64,000 bases of DNA from Octopus vulgaris (Eukaryota). Each line of letters opens with the position of its first letter. Position 1 is the stretch's first letter. Positions 50,715-63,300 of this stretch are shown piece by piece. The stretch covers positions 14,508,001 through 14,572,000 of the forward strand of contig OX597841.1 of assembly GCA_951406725.2 (NCBI GenBank). The letters run 5' to 3'. Position numbers and translations under genes: made by a program. The notes under the pieces were generated by a model. That model searched no databases. It saw only the letters and a program-made list of their open reading frames with translations, and was not told the origin of the DNA.

Positions 50715-51121
50715 AAATAAAAAGAGATTTGTATGATTGTTATTTTTATTATTATTATTATTATTATTTTATTATTATTATTATTATTATGTAGGATGTG
50801 TGCGGTGCCTAGTAGTGCTATTTTCTGTATGTTATATGTACTTGTTAGTCCTGGTGTTTTTGTTTTGTATTATTATTATTATTGTGTCAGTGGCACGTAA
50901 AAAGCACCAACCGATCGTGGCCGTTGCCAGCCTCCCCTGGCACCTGTGCCAGTGGCACGTAAAAAGCACCCACTACACTCACAGAGTGATTGGCGCTAGG
51001 AAGGGCATCCTGCTGTAGAAACACTGCCAGATCAAGACTGGAGCCTGGTGCAGCCTCCTGGCTTCCCAGATCCCCGGTCGAACCATCCAACCCGTGCTAG
51101 CATGGAAAACGGACGCTAAAC

Positions 51122-51160
<39 letters not shown>

Positions 51161-51358
51161 CATCATCATCATCATCAATTGATAAGGCAGTGAGTTGGCA
51201 GTATCATTAGCATGCTGGGTAAAATGCTTAGTGGCATTTCATCCGTTTTTACATTCTGAGTTCAAACTCCGCCCAGCTCAACTTTGCCTTTCATCCTTTC
51301 GGGATCGATAAATTAAGTACCCCAAATTCCAGGCCTTGTGCCTAAGGTAGCAGAAAGA

Positions 51359-51396
<38 letters not shown>

Positions 51397-51479
51397 GGGT
51401 TTTTCTTCTTCTTTCAAATTTGCTTCCATTTCTTGCCGAGTGTCTTCCTGACTCCTAGGGCAAAGAAACTCATAGTATG

Positions 51480-51530
<51 letters not shown>

Positions 51531-51622
51531 TTTTTTTATGATATACTGATTTTCTCATTCCATTATTCTGTGATTCCACTATTCTGACATTCTCCTAATT
51601 CTATTTTGCCATTCTACAACAG

Positions 51623-51691
51623 AAGGAACGTATTCTCAATGGAGACGAGATAACCCAGTCCATTACAGAAGTGTCTTTTATTGTGTATATA
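51623..51691 (+). CDS. NIPAL2: NIPA-like exon 6 (KERILNGDEITQSITEVSFIVYI)
   Basis: CAG acceptor (NAGNAG), ATA|GTAAGT, phase 0/0. Confidence 0.85.
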
Positions 51692-52011
51692 GTAAGTCTC
51701 TTTTACTGTCTACATTCTAACTCTCCCCTTTTGTCATCCCCTTCATTATTTAAACCCTTTTGTTACCATATTTCTGTGGAAATATTTTGTGTTTCTTTCA
51801 ATTAATTTTAAATATAACAAAGAATTTAGTAAAATAACTTTATCATTGTTAATCTGGTGCTTGGAACATATATTATCAAGGAATTTTGAAGGAAGATTTT
51901 AATTTAGACCACTTTAAAACATAGAACCAGGAGAGGTGGTCTCAAGTGGATTGGTACCAAAAGGGTTAGCTCTAGGTTATTCTTCCTGGTAAAGATAATG
52001 TTGTAGTTTAA

Positions 52012-52233
52012 CCCTTTTGTTACCCTATTTCTGTTGAGATGCTCTGTGTTTCTTTCAATTAATCTTAAATATAACAAAGAATTTATTAAAATAACTTCGT
52101 TATCATTAAGCTAGTGTTAGGATCATAAATTGTGACTAAGGTTTGGTGGAAGATTTTAATTAAAAACTTATGAAAACAAGACATTTGTACTACAAGGCCA
52201 GAGGTGGTTTCAGCCGGGTTGGCATCGAAAGGG
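52012..52233. mobile_element. piggyBac-like MITE (TTAA|CCCTTT...AAAGGG|TTAA); related copies at ~51754-51965 and from ~52387
   Basis: TTAA on both sides, imperfect 13-bp TIR. Confidence 0.7.
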
Positions 52234-52622
52234 TTAAACACACCTCTACATTTGGGTAGATGCACATTAGAAGCAGTTGGAAGGGTGTGGATTGAAGGAA
52301 ATTTAAGGCTATTATTTCTAGCATATACAGCGACCACATTGAGGTCTCCTTCTCTCATGTCTTCTGCTGATTATTTTTCTTCTTAACCCTTTTCTTACCC
52401 TATTTCTGTTGAGATGCTCTGTGTTTCTTTCAATTTATCTTAAATATAACAAAGAATTTAGTCAAATAACTTTTACTTTTAGTAAAATAATTCCACTAAG
52501 GTTGACTTTGCTTTCTATCCATTTGGGTTTGATAAAATAAGTACCAGTTAAGCACTGGGGTAAATATAATCAACTGGCCCCCGCTGCCCTGAAATTTCAG
52601 GATTTGTGCTTATTGTAGGAAG

Positions 52623-52623
52623 G

Positions 52624-52676
<53 letters not shown>

Positions 52677-52711
52677 TACTATTATTATTATTATTATTAT
52701 TACTACTACTA

Positions 52712-52742
<31 letters not shown>

Positions 52743-52805
52743 TATTATTATTATTATCATTATTATTATTATTATTATTACTATTATTATTATTATTATT
52801 ATTAC

Positions 52806-52841
<36 letters not shown>

Positions 52842-52855
52842 TATTATTATTTTTA

Positions 52856-52910
<55 letters not shown>

Positions 52911-53078
52911 TATTATTATTATTATCATTATTATTATCATTATTATTATTATTATTACTACTATTATTATTATTATTATTATTATTACTATTATTATTAT
53001 TATTATTATTCTGAGGTCAATATAATCGACTGGGCCCCTCCCCCCAAATTTCAGGCCTTGTGCCTATAATGGAAAGGC

Positions 53079-53116
<38 letters not shown>

Positions 53117-53117
53117 G
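52623..53117. repeat. (ATT)n expansions following family C SINE tails
   Basis: Direct reading. Confidence 0.9.
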
Positions 53118-53263
53118 TGATTGCGATGTTTCTTTGCACCCGGTTGTTGTCTGTGTTTTGTTGCAACATTCTCATCTTTTTCTCTCTCTCTCCCCTCTCA
53201 GTTCAGTCTGTTTAGCTGACCCCTACTCTACACTCACTAATCTTTCTCCCTTTCTCTCTACAG

Positions 53264-53360
53264 TGTATAGAAGTTGCAGCCCTTGCTGTTGTTTGTGTCC
53301 TGCTGTACAGATTCCATATTGTCCATGTAGTTATTTACCTGTTAATTACGTCCATCACAG
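53264..53360 (+). CDS. NIPAL2: NIPA-like exon 7 (CIEVAALAVVCVLLYRFHIVHVVIYLLITSIT)
   Basis: CAG acceptor, CAG|GTATGT, phase 0/1; hydrophobic. Confidence 0.9.
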
Positions 53361-53411
53361 GTATGTATCCTTTTATATCTGTATACATAAACTCATGCTA
53401 TCTATTTCTCC

Positions 53412-53446
<35 letters not shown>

Positions 53447-53909
53447 CCTCCCCTATCTATCTACAGCTTCCCTTAATAGTGGAGGTAGATACTCTGAGAG
53501 CGTAGCTGGGCAAAGTTCAGAGAGGTCGTACCCCTGCTGGCCACAAGAGGCCTCTCTCTTGGAGTGAAAGGCAGATTGTATGATGCCCTTGTGGGAACAG
53601 CTATGCTACACAGGAAGTCCCCCTCCAAGGCATAAGTCCAGACAAGGTTGTTTATGGAAGACCAGCAATGACCAACCTTTCATATCTATATCTACCTTTG
53701 GATATCCTTGTTGCTTATTTTGATTATAATCACCCCATGGATTTATATGGATAATACCATACTAAATTCTGGTGCCTTTAACTTAAGTACCATATTCATC
53801 TGAATCTAAATTTTTGCTGAACTTATATATATATATATCGAAGTCAGGATGCCATGATAGATTGTTAGCTTCTACATGCATTTTTTCTCTCCTTGTTTTT
53901 TTCTGTGTA

Positions 53910-53947
53910 TCTTTCTGTCGAAGAGCGTAGGCTCGAAACGTAAAAGA
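53910..53947 (+). ncRNA. Variant minimal hammerhead motif (core CUGUCGA)
   Basis: UCUUU-CUGUCGA-A-GAGC(guag)GCUC-GAAA-CGU-A-AAAGA. Confidence 0.5.
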
Positions 53948-54036
53948 CTTTTTCTATTCCTGAGCGATATACTAATAGATTTCCTCTTTTTGTACTCCAC
54001 CTGCCTTCGTCTTTTGTTTATTTTCGTAAACTTTCC

Positions 54037-54079
<43 letters not shown>

Positions 54080-54178
54080 TAATCCAAACATGAAAACACA
54101 AAGAGAAATCACAACAACGCGAGGACGTGGAACAAATATAGTATTATTGGACGCTCAGGAAAGAAGGAAAGAAGGAAG

Positions 54179-54213
54179 GTTTAATGTTTCGAGCGGAGCT
54201 CTTCGTCGGAAAC
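54179..54213 (-). ncRNA. Second copy of the CCGACGA hammerhead variant, stem III mutated (ACAU)
   Basis: Homologous to 11283-11317 within repeat 54074-54285. Confidence 0.4.
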
Positions 54214-54406
54214 ATAGGAAAAGGAAAGATCCAGAGAAGGGAAGACAGAGGAAAAAAAATCACCAACTGTACACACGAGGTCACACACACATACACACAC
54301 ACACACACATCAGCCATGTCCACCACCTTCCCCACAACAACTACCACTGCTCTCCCCCCTCTCTCTCTCCTAACCATTCTCCTCTCACCTCCTCTCCCTT
54401 TTGCAG

Positions 54407-54542
54407 CCTCCTTCACAGTGATCTCTGCCAAAGCGGTCTCCAGTATGTTGCATCTGTCTTTGAACGGTTTCTCGCAGTTCCACAATGCCATCTTCTACAT
54501 CATGCTGCTCCTTATGATCATCACCATCATCCTACAGATCAA
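54407..54542 (+). CDS. NIPAL2: NIPA-like exon 8 (ASFTVISAKAVSSMLHLSLNGFSQFHNAIFYIMLLLMIITIILQIK)
   Basis: SxTVxxxKAV..IFYxM..Q motif of NIPAL2/3; phase 1/2. Confidence 0.95.
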
Positions 54543-54699
54543 GTACGTCGCCAACGTGTTTCTATTTCACCCCTTTTTTTTTTATATATTTTCGTATTTT
54601 TATTGGCTTTGAACATTTTTGGTTATCATCAGCATCATCAACATCATAGCCATCATCATCATCGCCATTATCATCATTGTCATCATCATCACCACCACT

Positions 54700-54730
<31 letters not shown>

Positions 54731-55087
54731 CCATCATAATCACCATCATCACCATCACCATCATCACCATCATCATCACCATCATCATCATCATCATCAC
54801 CACCACCATCATCCTCGTCATCATCATCACCACCATCACCATTGTTGTCATCATCATCACCATCATCATCGTCATCATCATCATCATCATCACCACAATC
54901 ACCGTTGTTGTCGTCTTCGTCATCACCATCATCATCACCACCATCCTCACCATCACCATGTAAAGAAATAGAAAAAGAAAAAACAACCAGAAAAACCCCC
55001 CAACAAACCCTATCTTACCCCTGCCATCATCACTGCACTAACACTCCCGTCCCCATTTCTTCTGGGGCCTCTCTTTCTCTTTTACAG

Positions 55088-55176
55088 GTATTTAAACCTT
55101 GCAATGAAGCATTTCAATGCCACCGTTGTTGTGCCAACCAATTTTGTATTCTTCACAATAAGCGCCATATTAGCTG
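55088..55176 (+). CDS. NIPAL2: NIPA-like exon 9 (YLNLAMKHFNATVVVPTNFVFFTISAILA)
   Basis: YLNxA..FN..VVP..VFFT signature; phase 2/1. Confidence 0.95.
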
Positions 55177-55576
55177 GTTTGTACACCTCATAACTTTCTC
55201 ATTATATTATTCGATTTTCTCTCTCTCCAAAAGTTTTATATATACATACGTACGTACATACATACATACATACATATATGCATACATACATTCATACATA
55301 CATACATACATACATACATACATACATACATACATACATACATACGTACGTACGTACATACATACATACATACATACATACATACATACATGCATGCATA
55401 CATTCATACATACATACATACATTCATACATACGTACGTACATACACACACACACACACATACATACATACATACATACATACATACATACATACATACA
55501 TACATACATACATACATACATGCATACATACATACATACATATATACATACATGCATACATTCATGCATACATTCA

Positions 55577-55610
<34 letters not shown>

Positions 55611-55992
55611 CATATATACACACACATACATACATATATGCATACATACATTCATTCATACATACATACATACATACATACATACATACATACATACATT
55701 TACATACATACATACATACATATATATATACATAAATTAGAAAAACCCACCTTTTATCAATTCAAAATGAACAATTAAATTACACCATCTAGAAAATTAC
55801 ATATAATAGAAATATTAAATATAAAATAAAAAATATAACGATGATTAAGTAATGTGCAAAATAATAAATAAAACGTATATATTTGGTAGAATAACGACAC
55901 GTGTTTCGTGGCTATATTTTTCCCTGTAAGTTTGGAATAATATTCCCTCATATTATTATTATTTTTATTATTATTTTTATTATATATATATA

Positions 55993-56120
55993 CAGGGTGT
56001 CCCAAAAAAATGTATACACATAGTGGTTCGGCAAAAGAGAACGATAGAATAAGTACTAGGCTTACAAAGAATAACAAATTTACAATTATTTAAGGTGTGT
56101 ATACATTTTTTTGGGACACC

Positions 56121-56123
<3 letters not shown>
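55993..56123. mobile_element. 131-bp Tc1/mariner-type MITE with 27-bp perfect TIRs, TA-flanked
   Basis: CAGGGTGTCCCAAAAAAATGTATACAC at both ends. Confidence 0.85.
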
Positions 56124-56165
<42 letters not shown>

Positions 56166-56237
56166 CATACATACACACACACTCACACATGCACGTGCTA
56201 TGCATGCATGTTTGTGTGTGTGTGTTTGCGGCTTTAA

Positions 56238-56609
56238 TCTCTCTCTATATAAACGGCAGTTTGTCTGTGCGTGTGTCTGTGTGTCTGTTAGGTTGTACCC
56301 TCACCCTGACCACGGCTTTCAACCGATTCTGATGAAACTTGACACACACATAGCTCAATGTCATAATTCAAAACTAACGCAGCGAAAATTTTGAAAAGTT
56401 CTGAAAAATCGATAAATTCGACATGGGGTCGAGAATCAGAAACCCAAACCACAGACTGTCTAGGGGACGCAACTCGACCTTTTTAACTCTCAAAAAAAAT
56501 TTACCTTCATTTTTTTCCATTTTTTTGCTATTTTTTGGCTATAACTCTCTAAAAATGCTTTATAGTTATTTCCCTTACAAACCTGAGCAACGCCGGGCGA
56601 TACTGCTAG
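56238..56609 (+). mobile_element. Helitron-like element, second subfamily with the same 3' end
   Basis: A|TCTCTCTCTATATAAA...CCTGAGCAACGCCGGGCGATACTGCTAG|T. Confidence 0.7.
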
Positions 56610-56652
56610 TATGTCCTAAAATAAGCTTTGGTTTTCTCTTCTCATTTTTCAG

Positions 56653-56716
56653 GTACAATATTCTATAAAGAATTTTTTGGTATGAACACTTTGGATATCT
56701 GTATGTTCCTGTTTGG
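56653..56716 (+). CDS. NIPAL2: NIPA-like exon 10 (GTIFYKEFFGMNTLDICMFLFG)
   Basis: IFYxEF motif; CAG acceptor, GG|GTAAGT; phase 1/2. Confidence 0.93.
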
Positions 56717-56837
56717 GTAAGTGCCTCTTCACATCATCATCATCATCATTCTGGTTCAATTTCACTTCTTTATAATTAGTCAATTGGCCAGATATCTTAC
56801 CAACTGACCAATCAATGGCTGTTTAATGTGCAGGTTG

Positions 56838-57220
56838 TGGAGGCGCAATGGCCCAGTGGTTAGGGCAGCGGACTCGCGGTCGTAGGATTGTGGTTTCGAT
56901 TCCCAGACCGGGCGTTGTGAGTGTTTATTGAGTGAAAACATCTGAAAGCTCCACGAGGCTCCGGCAGGGGATGGTGGTGATCCCTGCTGTACTCTTTCAC
57001 CACAACTTTCTCTCACTCTTACTTCCTGTTTCTGTTGTACCTGTACTTCAAAGGGCCGGCCTTGTCACTCTCTGTGTCACGCTGAATATCCCCGAGAACT
57101 GTGTTAAGGGTACACGTGTCTGTGGAGTGCTCAGCCACTTACACGTTAATTTCACGAGCAGGCTGTTCCGTTGATCGGATCAACCGGAAACCTCGTCGTC
57201 GTAACCGACGGAGTGCTTCC
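56838..57220 (+). mobile_element. SINE family B, full length
   Basis: Homologous to 29415-29798. Confidence 0.9.
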
Positions 57221-57697
57221 AAAAAAATGTGCAGCTTAAGCAATGAGTCAGTTGTTTGTTATCTAAAGTTCTTTCATCCCTTATCACACCCTTTTCAGTG
57301 AAGACCAATTCTCAGACAGACCCATACAGAAGCTTCTTCGTTAGGCTCCCTAAACCTTTTGGTAGTAATCAGTGTAACCATGGGCAACAGATGGGGCATT
57401 CGATTCATTATGACACCCTTCTCATATGAGTTGTGTACAACAGCTGTTGTTGTGTAAGATTCGTTTACATAAAAATAGTTTTTAATTGTTGTTGTATAAG
57501 ACTCGTTAATATAAATATTTATGAATCTTAATAATGAACGGCAGTGGTGGTGGTTGCCGTTTCTCATTTAAGCACAAAACCAGGTTTACCCTTATCAGAC
57601 GGGTAGTTATGATGGGTACATTGGGCTTCGTCTATTTGTACCCCAGGGTCACTTTGGTGGCATGCACTGCTCTCTCACTCAATAATAATAAATATAC

Positions 57698-57858
57698 AGG
57701 CGCAGGAGTGGCTGTGTGGTAAGTAGCTTGCTAACCAACCACATGGTTCCGGGTTCAGTCCCACTGCGTGGCACCTTGGGCAAGTGTCTTCTGCTATAGC
57801 CCTGGGCCGACCAAAGCCTTGTGAGTGGATTTGGTGGACGGAAACTGAAAGAAGCCTG

Positions 57859-57920
<62 letters not shown>

Positions 57921-58121
57921 TTGTGTGTCTGTGTTTGCTTGACAACTGATGCTGGTGTGTTTACGTCCCTGTCACTTAGCGGTTCGGCAAAAAGAGACCG
58001 ATAGAATAAGTACTGGGCTTACAAAAAGAATAAGTCCCGGGGTTGAGTTGCTCGACTAAAGGCGGTGCTCCAGCATGGCCGCAGTCAAATGACTGAAACA
58101 AGTAAAAGAGAGAAAAGAGTA
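57698..58121 (+). mobile_element. SINE family A, full length
   Basis: Direct homology. Confidence 0.9.
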
Positions 58122-59109
58122 TACAGATATGGAAAGTATTTTACTCTCAAACCCAGAATAATTAATGCTGAAAAGCATAAATAAGATACAACATCCTTAT
58201 ATTGCAGAAAAATTTGTTAGTAGCCAGCCATGAGACTTGAACTCACCATCCCTGTGATTACCTGTCTGTGCGCTTGAGCGTAAAATATTTTCAAAAATCG
58301 AAAGGACTATCAAAACTGGAAATTGTAGCTGTGGCCAACGCCAGTGCCACCTGACAGGTCCCCATGCAAGTGCCACCTGAGTGGCTCTTGTGCTGGTGGC
58401 ACACAGTAAGCACCATTCGTTCGTGGGTCATTGCCAGTGCCACCTGACTGGTTCCCCATGCTGGGGGCACATAAAAAGCACCATCCGAATGTGGTCCATG
58501 CCAGCAGCAACAGCAGCAGCAACAGCAGCAGCAGCAGCAGCAACAGCAGTAGTAGTAGTAGTAGTAGTAGCAGTAGTAGTAGTAGTAGTAGTAGTTGTAA
58601 CATCATTAATGACAATAACACTTGGTGTGCCACTCCCCCAATCCCGCCCTGCCCCGCCAGCCTCATGAAATATTCAAAAGGTCTACTACACCTGTTTTTT
58701 TTTTTCCCTCTTCGTTAATGAGCAATATTCCATTTAAATGAATACGCAGCAAGAGTATGGAATTCCACAGAGATATTTTGGTTTTACATTAAGAAAATAA
58801 TAATACTCCAGCATGACCACAGCCTCATGGCTGAAACAAGTAAAAAAGCAATTGTTATTATTATTATTATTATTATTATAAATACTGTATATTGCGCTAC
58901 ATTTATGCTAACGAGTTTGCCTGCTCACCACCTTGATGATGATGATGATGATGGTAGTGGTGGTGGTGGTGGTAGCGGTAGTGGTGGTGGTGGTTATATG
59001 AAAGGCAACAACAACACTAAATCTAAATTGTAGGTCACACTTGGAAGGGCAAGCCATGCATAACATTCCTTGTGGGAAGTCAAGTATGACGTTGTTGTTG
59101 TTGTTTGAC

Positions 59110-59845
59110 ACTGGATGAGCATTGATCCAGTAGGCTTATGATATAGGTTCTCCTGCCATGACCATCCCATCCAAATTGTATGAGCTTCTTATGCTTTTGC
59201 CCCCAGGTTGACTGTCATGGGACAGACCTATGGTAAAGATGTTCCAGCCATGACTACATCTCTGAATGAGATAGGATGGTCATAGCTGGAACAGCTTTGA
59301 TCATAGGCCAACTGGATCAGAGCTGACCTGGGGTTGAATAAGTGAGAGATAATGTATCTAGGGAACATTAGATAATGTAGTCCTAGATACACTATGCCTG
59401 AATAAAAGACAAGATGGTCAAATCTGGAACATTTTTGATCATAGGTCTACTAGATCAGGACTTACCTAGGGCTAAACAACAATGCCAAAAGCAACTAGGA
59501 AGGACTCATTGGATAATGTAGTCCTAGATACACTATGCCTGAATAAAAGATGGGATGGTCACAGCTGGAACATCTTTGATCATAGGTCTACTGGATCAGA
59601 CTGACCTGGGGCTAAACAACAAGAAGGACACATTAGATAATGTAGTCCTAGATACACTATGCCTGAATCAAAGATGGGATGGTCACAGCTGGAACATCTC
59701 TGATCATAGGTCTACTGGATCAGACTGACCTGGGACTAAACAACAAGAAGGACACATTAGATAATGTAGTCCTAGATACACTATGCCTGAATCAAAGACG
59801 GGATGGTCACAGCTGGAACATCTTTGATCATAGAACTAAACAATA
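59110..59845 (-). repeat. ~124-bp repeat array, mostly reversed relative to the 40245 array, with an orientation switch near 59200
   Basis: TGATCATAGG recurs at 59577 and 59701. Confidence 0.9.
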
Positions 59846-59889
59846 ACATCAACAACGTAATCATTGTTCTGTTTTCTTTACCATTCCAG

Positions 59890-60008
59890 ATGTCTTCTCT
59901 CGTTCATTGGGGTCTACTTCGTTACTGGAAACAGATTAACACCAAACTCTGATGATGCACAACCTTTGTCCGACGCAGAAGAGAAACCTGTCAATACCGA
60001 TGTGCCAC
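59890..60008 (+). CDS. NIPAL2: NIPA-like exon 11 (CLLSFIGVYFVTGNRLTP...NTDVP)
   Basis: GCxxxFxGVxxxT last TM; CAG acceptor, C|GTAAGG; phase 2/1. Confidence 0.92.
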
Positions 60009-60044
60009 GTAAGGACCAGTTCTTTCTCTTCGTTTAAACTCAGG

Positions 60045-60569
60045 AATTTTGACTCTAGAATTTGCCAAAATTTCAACTCTAGAATTTGCTAAAATTTTGA
60101 CTCTAAAATTCGCTAAAATTTTGACTCTAGAATTTGCTAAAATTTTGACTCTAGAATTTGCTAAAATTCTGACTCTAGAATTCACTAAAATTTTGACTCT
60201 AGAATTTGCTAAAATTTTGACTCTTAAAATTCGCTAAAATTTTGACTCTACAATTCGCCAAAAGTTTGACTTTAGAATTTGCTAAAATTTTGACTCTAGA
60301 ATTTGCTAAAATTTTGACTCTAGAATTCGCCAAAAGTTTGACTTTAGAATTTGCTAAAATTTTGACTCTAGAATTTGCTAAAATTTTGACTCTAGAATTC
60401 ACTAAAATTTTGACTCTAGAATTCACTAAAATTTTGACTCTAAAATTCGCTAAAATTTTGACTTTAGAATTTGCTAAAATTTTGACTCTAGAATTTGCTA
60501 AAATTTTGACTCTAGAATTCGCTAAAATTTTGACTTTAGAATTTGCTAGAATTTTGACTCTAGAATTTT
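60045..60569. repeat. 24-bp minisatellite AAAATTTTGACTCTAGAATTTGCT, ~22 copies
   Basis: Direct reading. Confidence 0.95.
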
Positions 60570-60574
60570 CACCA

Positions 60575-60793
60575 TTACCATCTCTCGAGCTTGCTGAATC
60601 TTCTCGTCAGTGTTGGAGGGAGTCTTGCTCCCTCTTTGTGTGTCCTGCTTCTCTGACCACTTTTAAACATCTTGATCCACTCATGGTAGTGTACTGTCCC
60701 CGTATTGTGCCAAGAACCTCCGATTAAGTCCAGCACCTGACACACCTTTAGACCAGAGAAATCGGATCACTGTTCTTTGTTCTTCTTTGGTGC

Positions 60794-60798
<5 letters not shown>
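60575..60798 (-). mobile_element. Mariner transposase N-terminal fragment
   Basis: CTKEEQRTVIRFLWSKGVSGA...LAQYGDSTL. Confidence 0.7.
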
Positions 60799-60825
<27 letters not shown>

Positions 60826-61222
60826 CCGAATCGTGGCCGATGCCAGCGTCGCCTCGACTGGCTTCCATGCCGGTGGCACGTAAAAAGCACCATCCGAATC
60901 GTGGCCGATGCCAGTGCCGCCTTGACTGGCTTCCCTGGTGGCACGTAAAATGCACCAATCCGATCGTGGCCGTTGCCAGCCTCGCCTGGCACCTGTGCAG
61001 GTGGCACTTAAAAAGCACCCACTACACTCACGGAGTGGTTGGCATTAGGAAGGGCATCCAGCCGTAGAAACACTGCCAGATCAAGATTGGAGCCTGGTGC
61101 AGCCTCCTGGCTCCCCAGACCCCGGTCGAACCGTCCAACCCATGCTAGCATGGAGAACGGACGTTAAACGATGATGATGATCATCATGATGATGTATGTA
61201 TAATCTTGTATGTCTTTTGCAG

Positions 61223-61416
61223 CCTGGTTGAGCAGTAATATGCAAGAGTCTCCAGTCCAGCCCAAGGGTGGAAGCAATCACCATTTATCCGATGCGGACC
61301 GCAACTCCAGCCATGAGATGTCTACCTCGTCGACGTCCGACTCCTTCAATTCCCAGGACACCCTTTTCGAGAAACACACAAAAACAGCCGCGCCGCACTA
61401 TGGCACCAATTATTGA
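61223..61416 (+). CDS. NIPAL2: NIPA-like exon 12, terminal (PWLSSNMQESP...HYGTNY*)
   Basis: TTTTGCAG acceptor, phase 1 continues into an open frame ending TGA; AATAAA at 61767. Confidence 0.8.
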
Positions 61417-61667
61417 TCTGCAAATGGCAGGACGGATGGGTTTGGGGGGTGGGAGTGGGGATGGGTAAATGGCAGCAGGGTGAGGTCCTTGATTACGACC
61501 CCTGTCCACTGTTCTGGTGGGGGGCCTTCAGGTTTTTTTACATAGTTCATCTGTGACTAATAGATCTTGTTTCTTTCTTTCTCTCAGCCGTCCTATTTCT
61601 TTCTTTCTCTCTCTCTCTCTCATTCACTGCATACACACACACACACTTTTAAATACATTTTTCTTAC

Positions 61668-61715
<48 letters not shown>

Positions 61716-62027
61716 CTTTGTCAACATACACACACATACAAACACACACAATTTTATATAGATGTAAATAAAGTTATAGTTGCATATGTGTGTGTGTGTG
61801 TGAGTTTGTATATACATAAATGTGTGTGTATATATATATATATATATATCATCATCATCATCATCATTTAGTGTCCGCTTTCCATGCTAGCATGGGTTGG
61901 ACGGGTCGACTGGGGTCTGTGAAGCTGGAAGGCTTCGTCAGGCCCAGTCAGATCTGGCAGTGTTTCTACGGCTGGATGCCCTTCCTAACGCCATATATAC
62001 ATATATATATATACACACACATTTATG

Positions 62028-62071
<44 letters not shown>

Positions 62072-62073
62072 TT

Positions 62074-62119
<46 letters not shown>

Positions 62120-62121
<2 letters not shown>

Positions 62122-62429
62122 GACAAGCGTTGCCCTTTTCAAGTCTAGCCAGGCTCATGGGCCCGGTTTCCCAGTTTCTATGGCGTATATGTTCCCCACA
62201 GCTGGACGGGATGCCAGTCCATCACAGCATTACTCAAGAAACAGGAAGAAAGTGTGAGAGAAAGTTGGGTCGAAAGAGTACAACAGGGGTTGCCACCAGC
62301 CCCTGCCGGAGCCTCGTGGAGCTCTTAGGTGTTTTCACTCACTAAACACACAGCACCTGGACTGGGAATCGGAACCGCGATCCTTCGTCCGCGAGTCCGC
62401 TGCCCTAACCACTGGGCCATTGTGCCTCC
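62120..62429 (-). mobile_element. tRNA-derived SINE (family B head)
   Basis: Direct homology. Confidence 0.8.
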
Positions 62430-62468
<39 letters not shown>

Positions 62469-62518
62469 ATGTATGTGTGTATGTATTTATATATGTATGT
62501 GTACACAAACACCTCGCT

Positions 62519-62574
<56 letters not shown>

Positions 62575-62779
62575 GTCTGTCTGACTATTTGTCTATCTAT
62601 CTATCTATCTCTCTATTCATTCACTCGCTCTGTTTCTCCACAACCACACGTACACTCTTTATCTGGCGCTAAGGGAGCCTCTGAGCTATCACTCAACCAA
62701 CAAGAAAGAGCAGTCAAATTTCCCTCCTGTCACATGCCTTCATCTTAAGAAAAACAACAAAAAAAAAAAAAAGAGAGTA

Positions 62780-63300
62780 ATAAAAGATGGGATGGTCATG
62801 TCTAGAACGTCTTTGATGACAAGTCTGGAGGATCATTGCTGACCTGGGGCTAAATAATGACAAAAACAGACACATCAGATAATGTAGTCCTAGATACACC
62901 ATGTCCAAATGAAAGACAGAACAGTCACAAGTGATCATAAGCCTACTATATCAAGACTGACCTTGGGCTAAATAAAGGTCAAAAGAAGCATTAAATAATG
63001 TAGTCCTAGATGCATTGTGTCTGAATAAAAGATGGGATGGTCATGGCTGGAACATCTTTGATCATAGGTCTACTGGATCAGGACTGACCTGGGGTTAAAC
63101 AACAAGGTGGAACACATTAAATATTATAGACCTAGATACACTATGTGTGAATGGAAGATGGGATGGTCATGGCTGGAACATCTTTGATCATAGGCCTACT
63201 GGACCAGGACTGACCTGGGGCTAAACACCAACAGAAGGAACACAATAGATAATATAGTCCTAGATATACTTTGTCTAGTGGTGCAGGACTGACCTGAGAC
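62780..63300 (-). repeat. Third array of the ~124-bp repeat
   Basis: Same unit, more diverged. Confidence 0.85.

Noticed and set aside
60049-60727. ILTLEFAK repeat ORFs
   Set aside because: Intronic 24-bp minisatellite with a frameshift
599-62748. Many long ORFs rich in YI, HT, VC, poly-G/P/H/I/S
   Set aside because: Translations of microsatellites or SINE bodies; no coding signal
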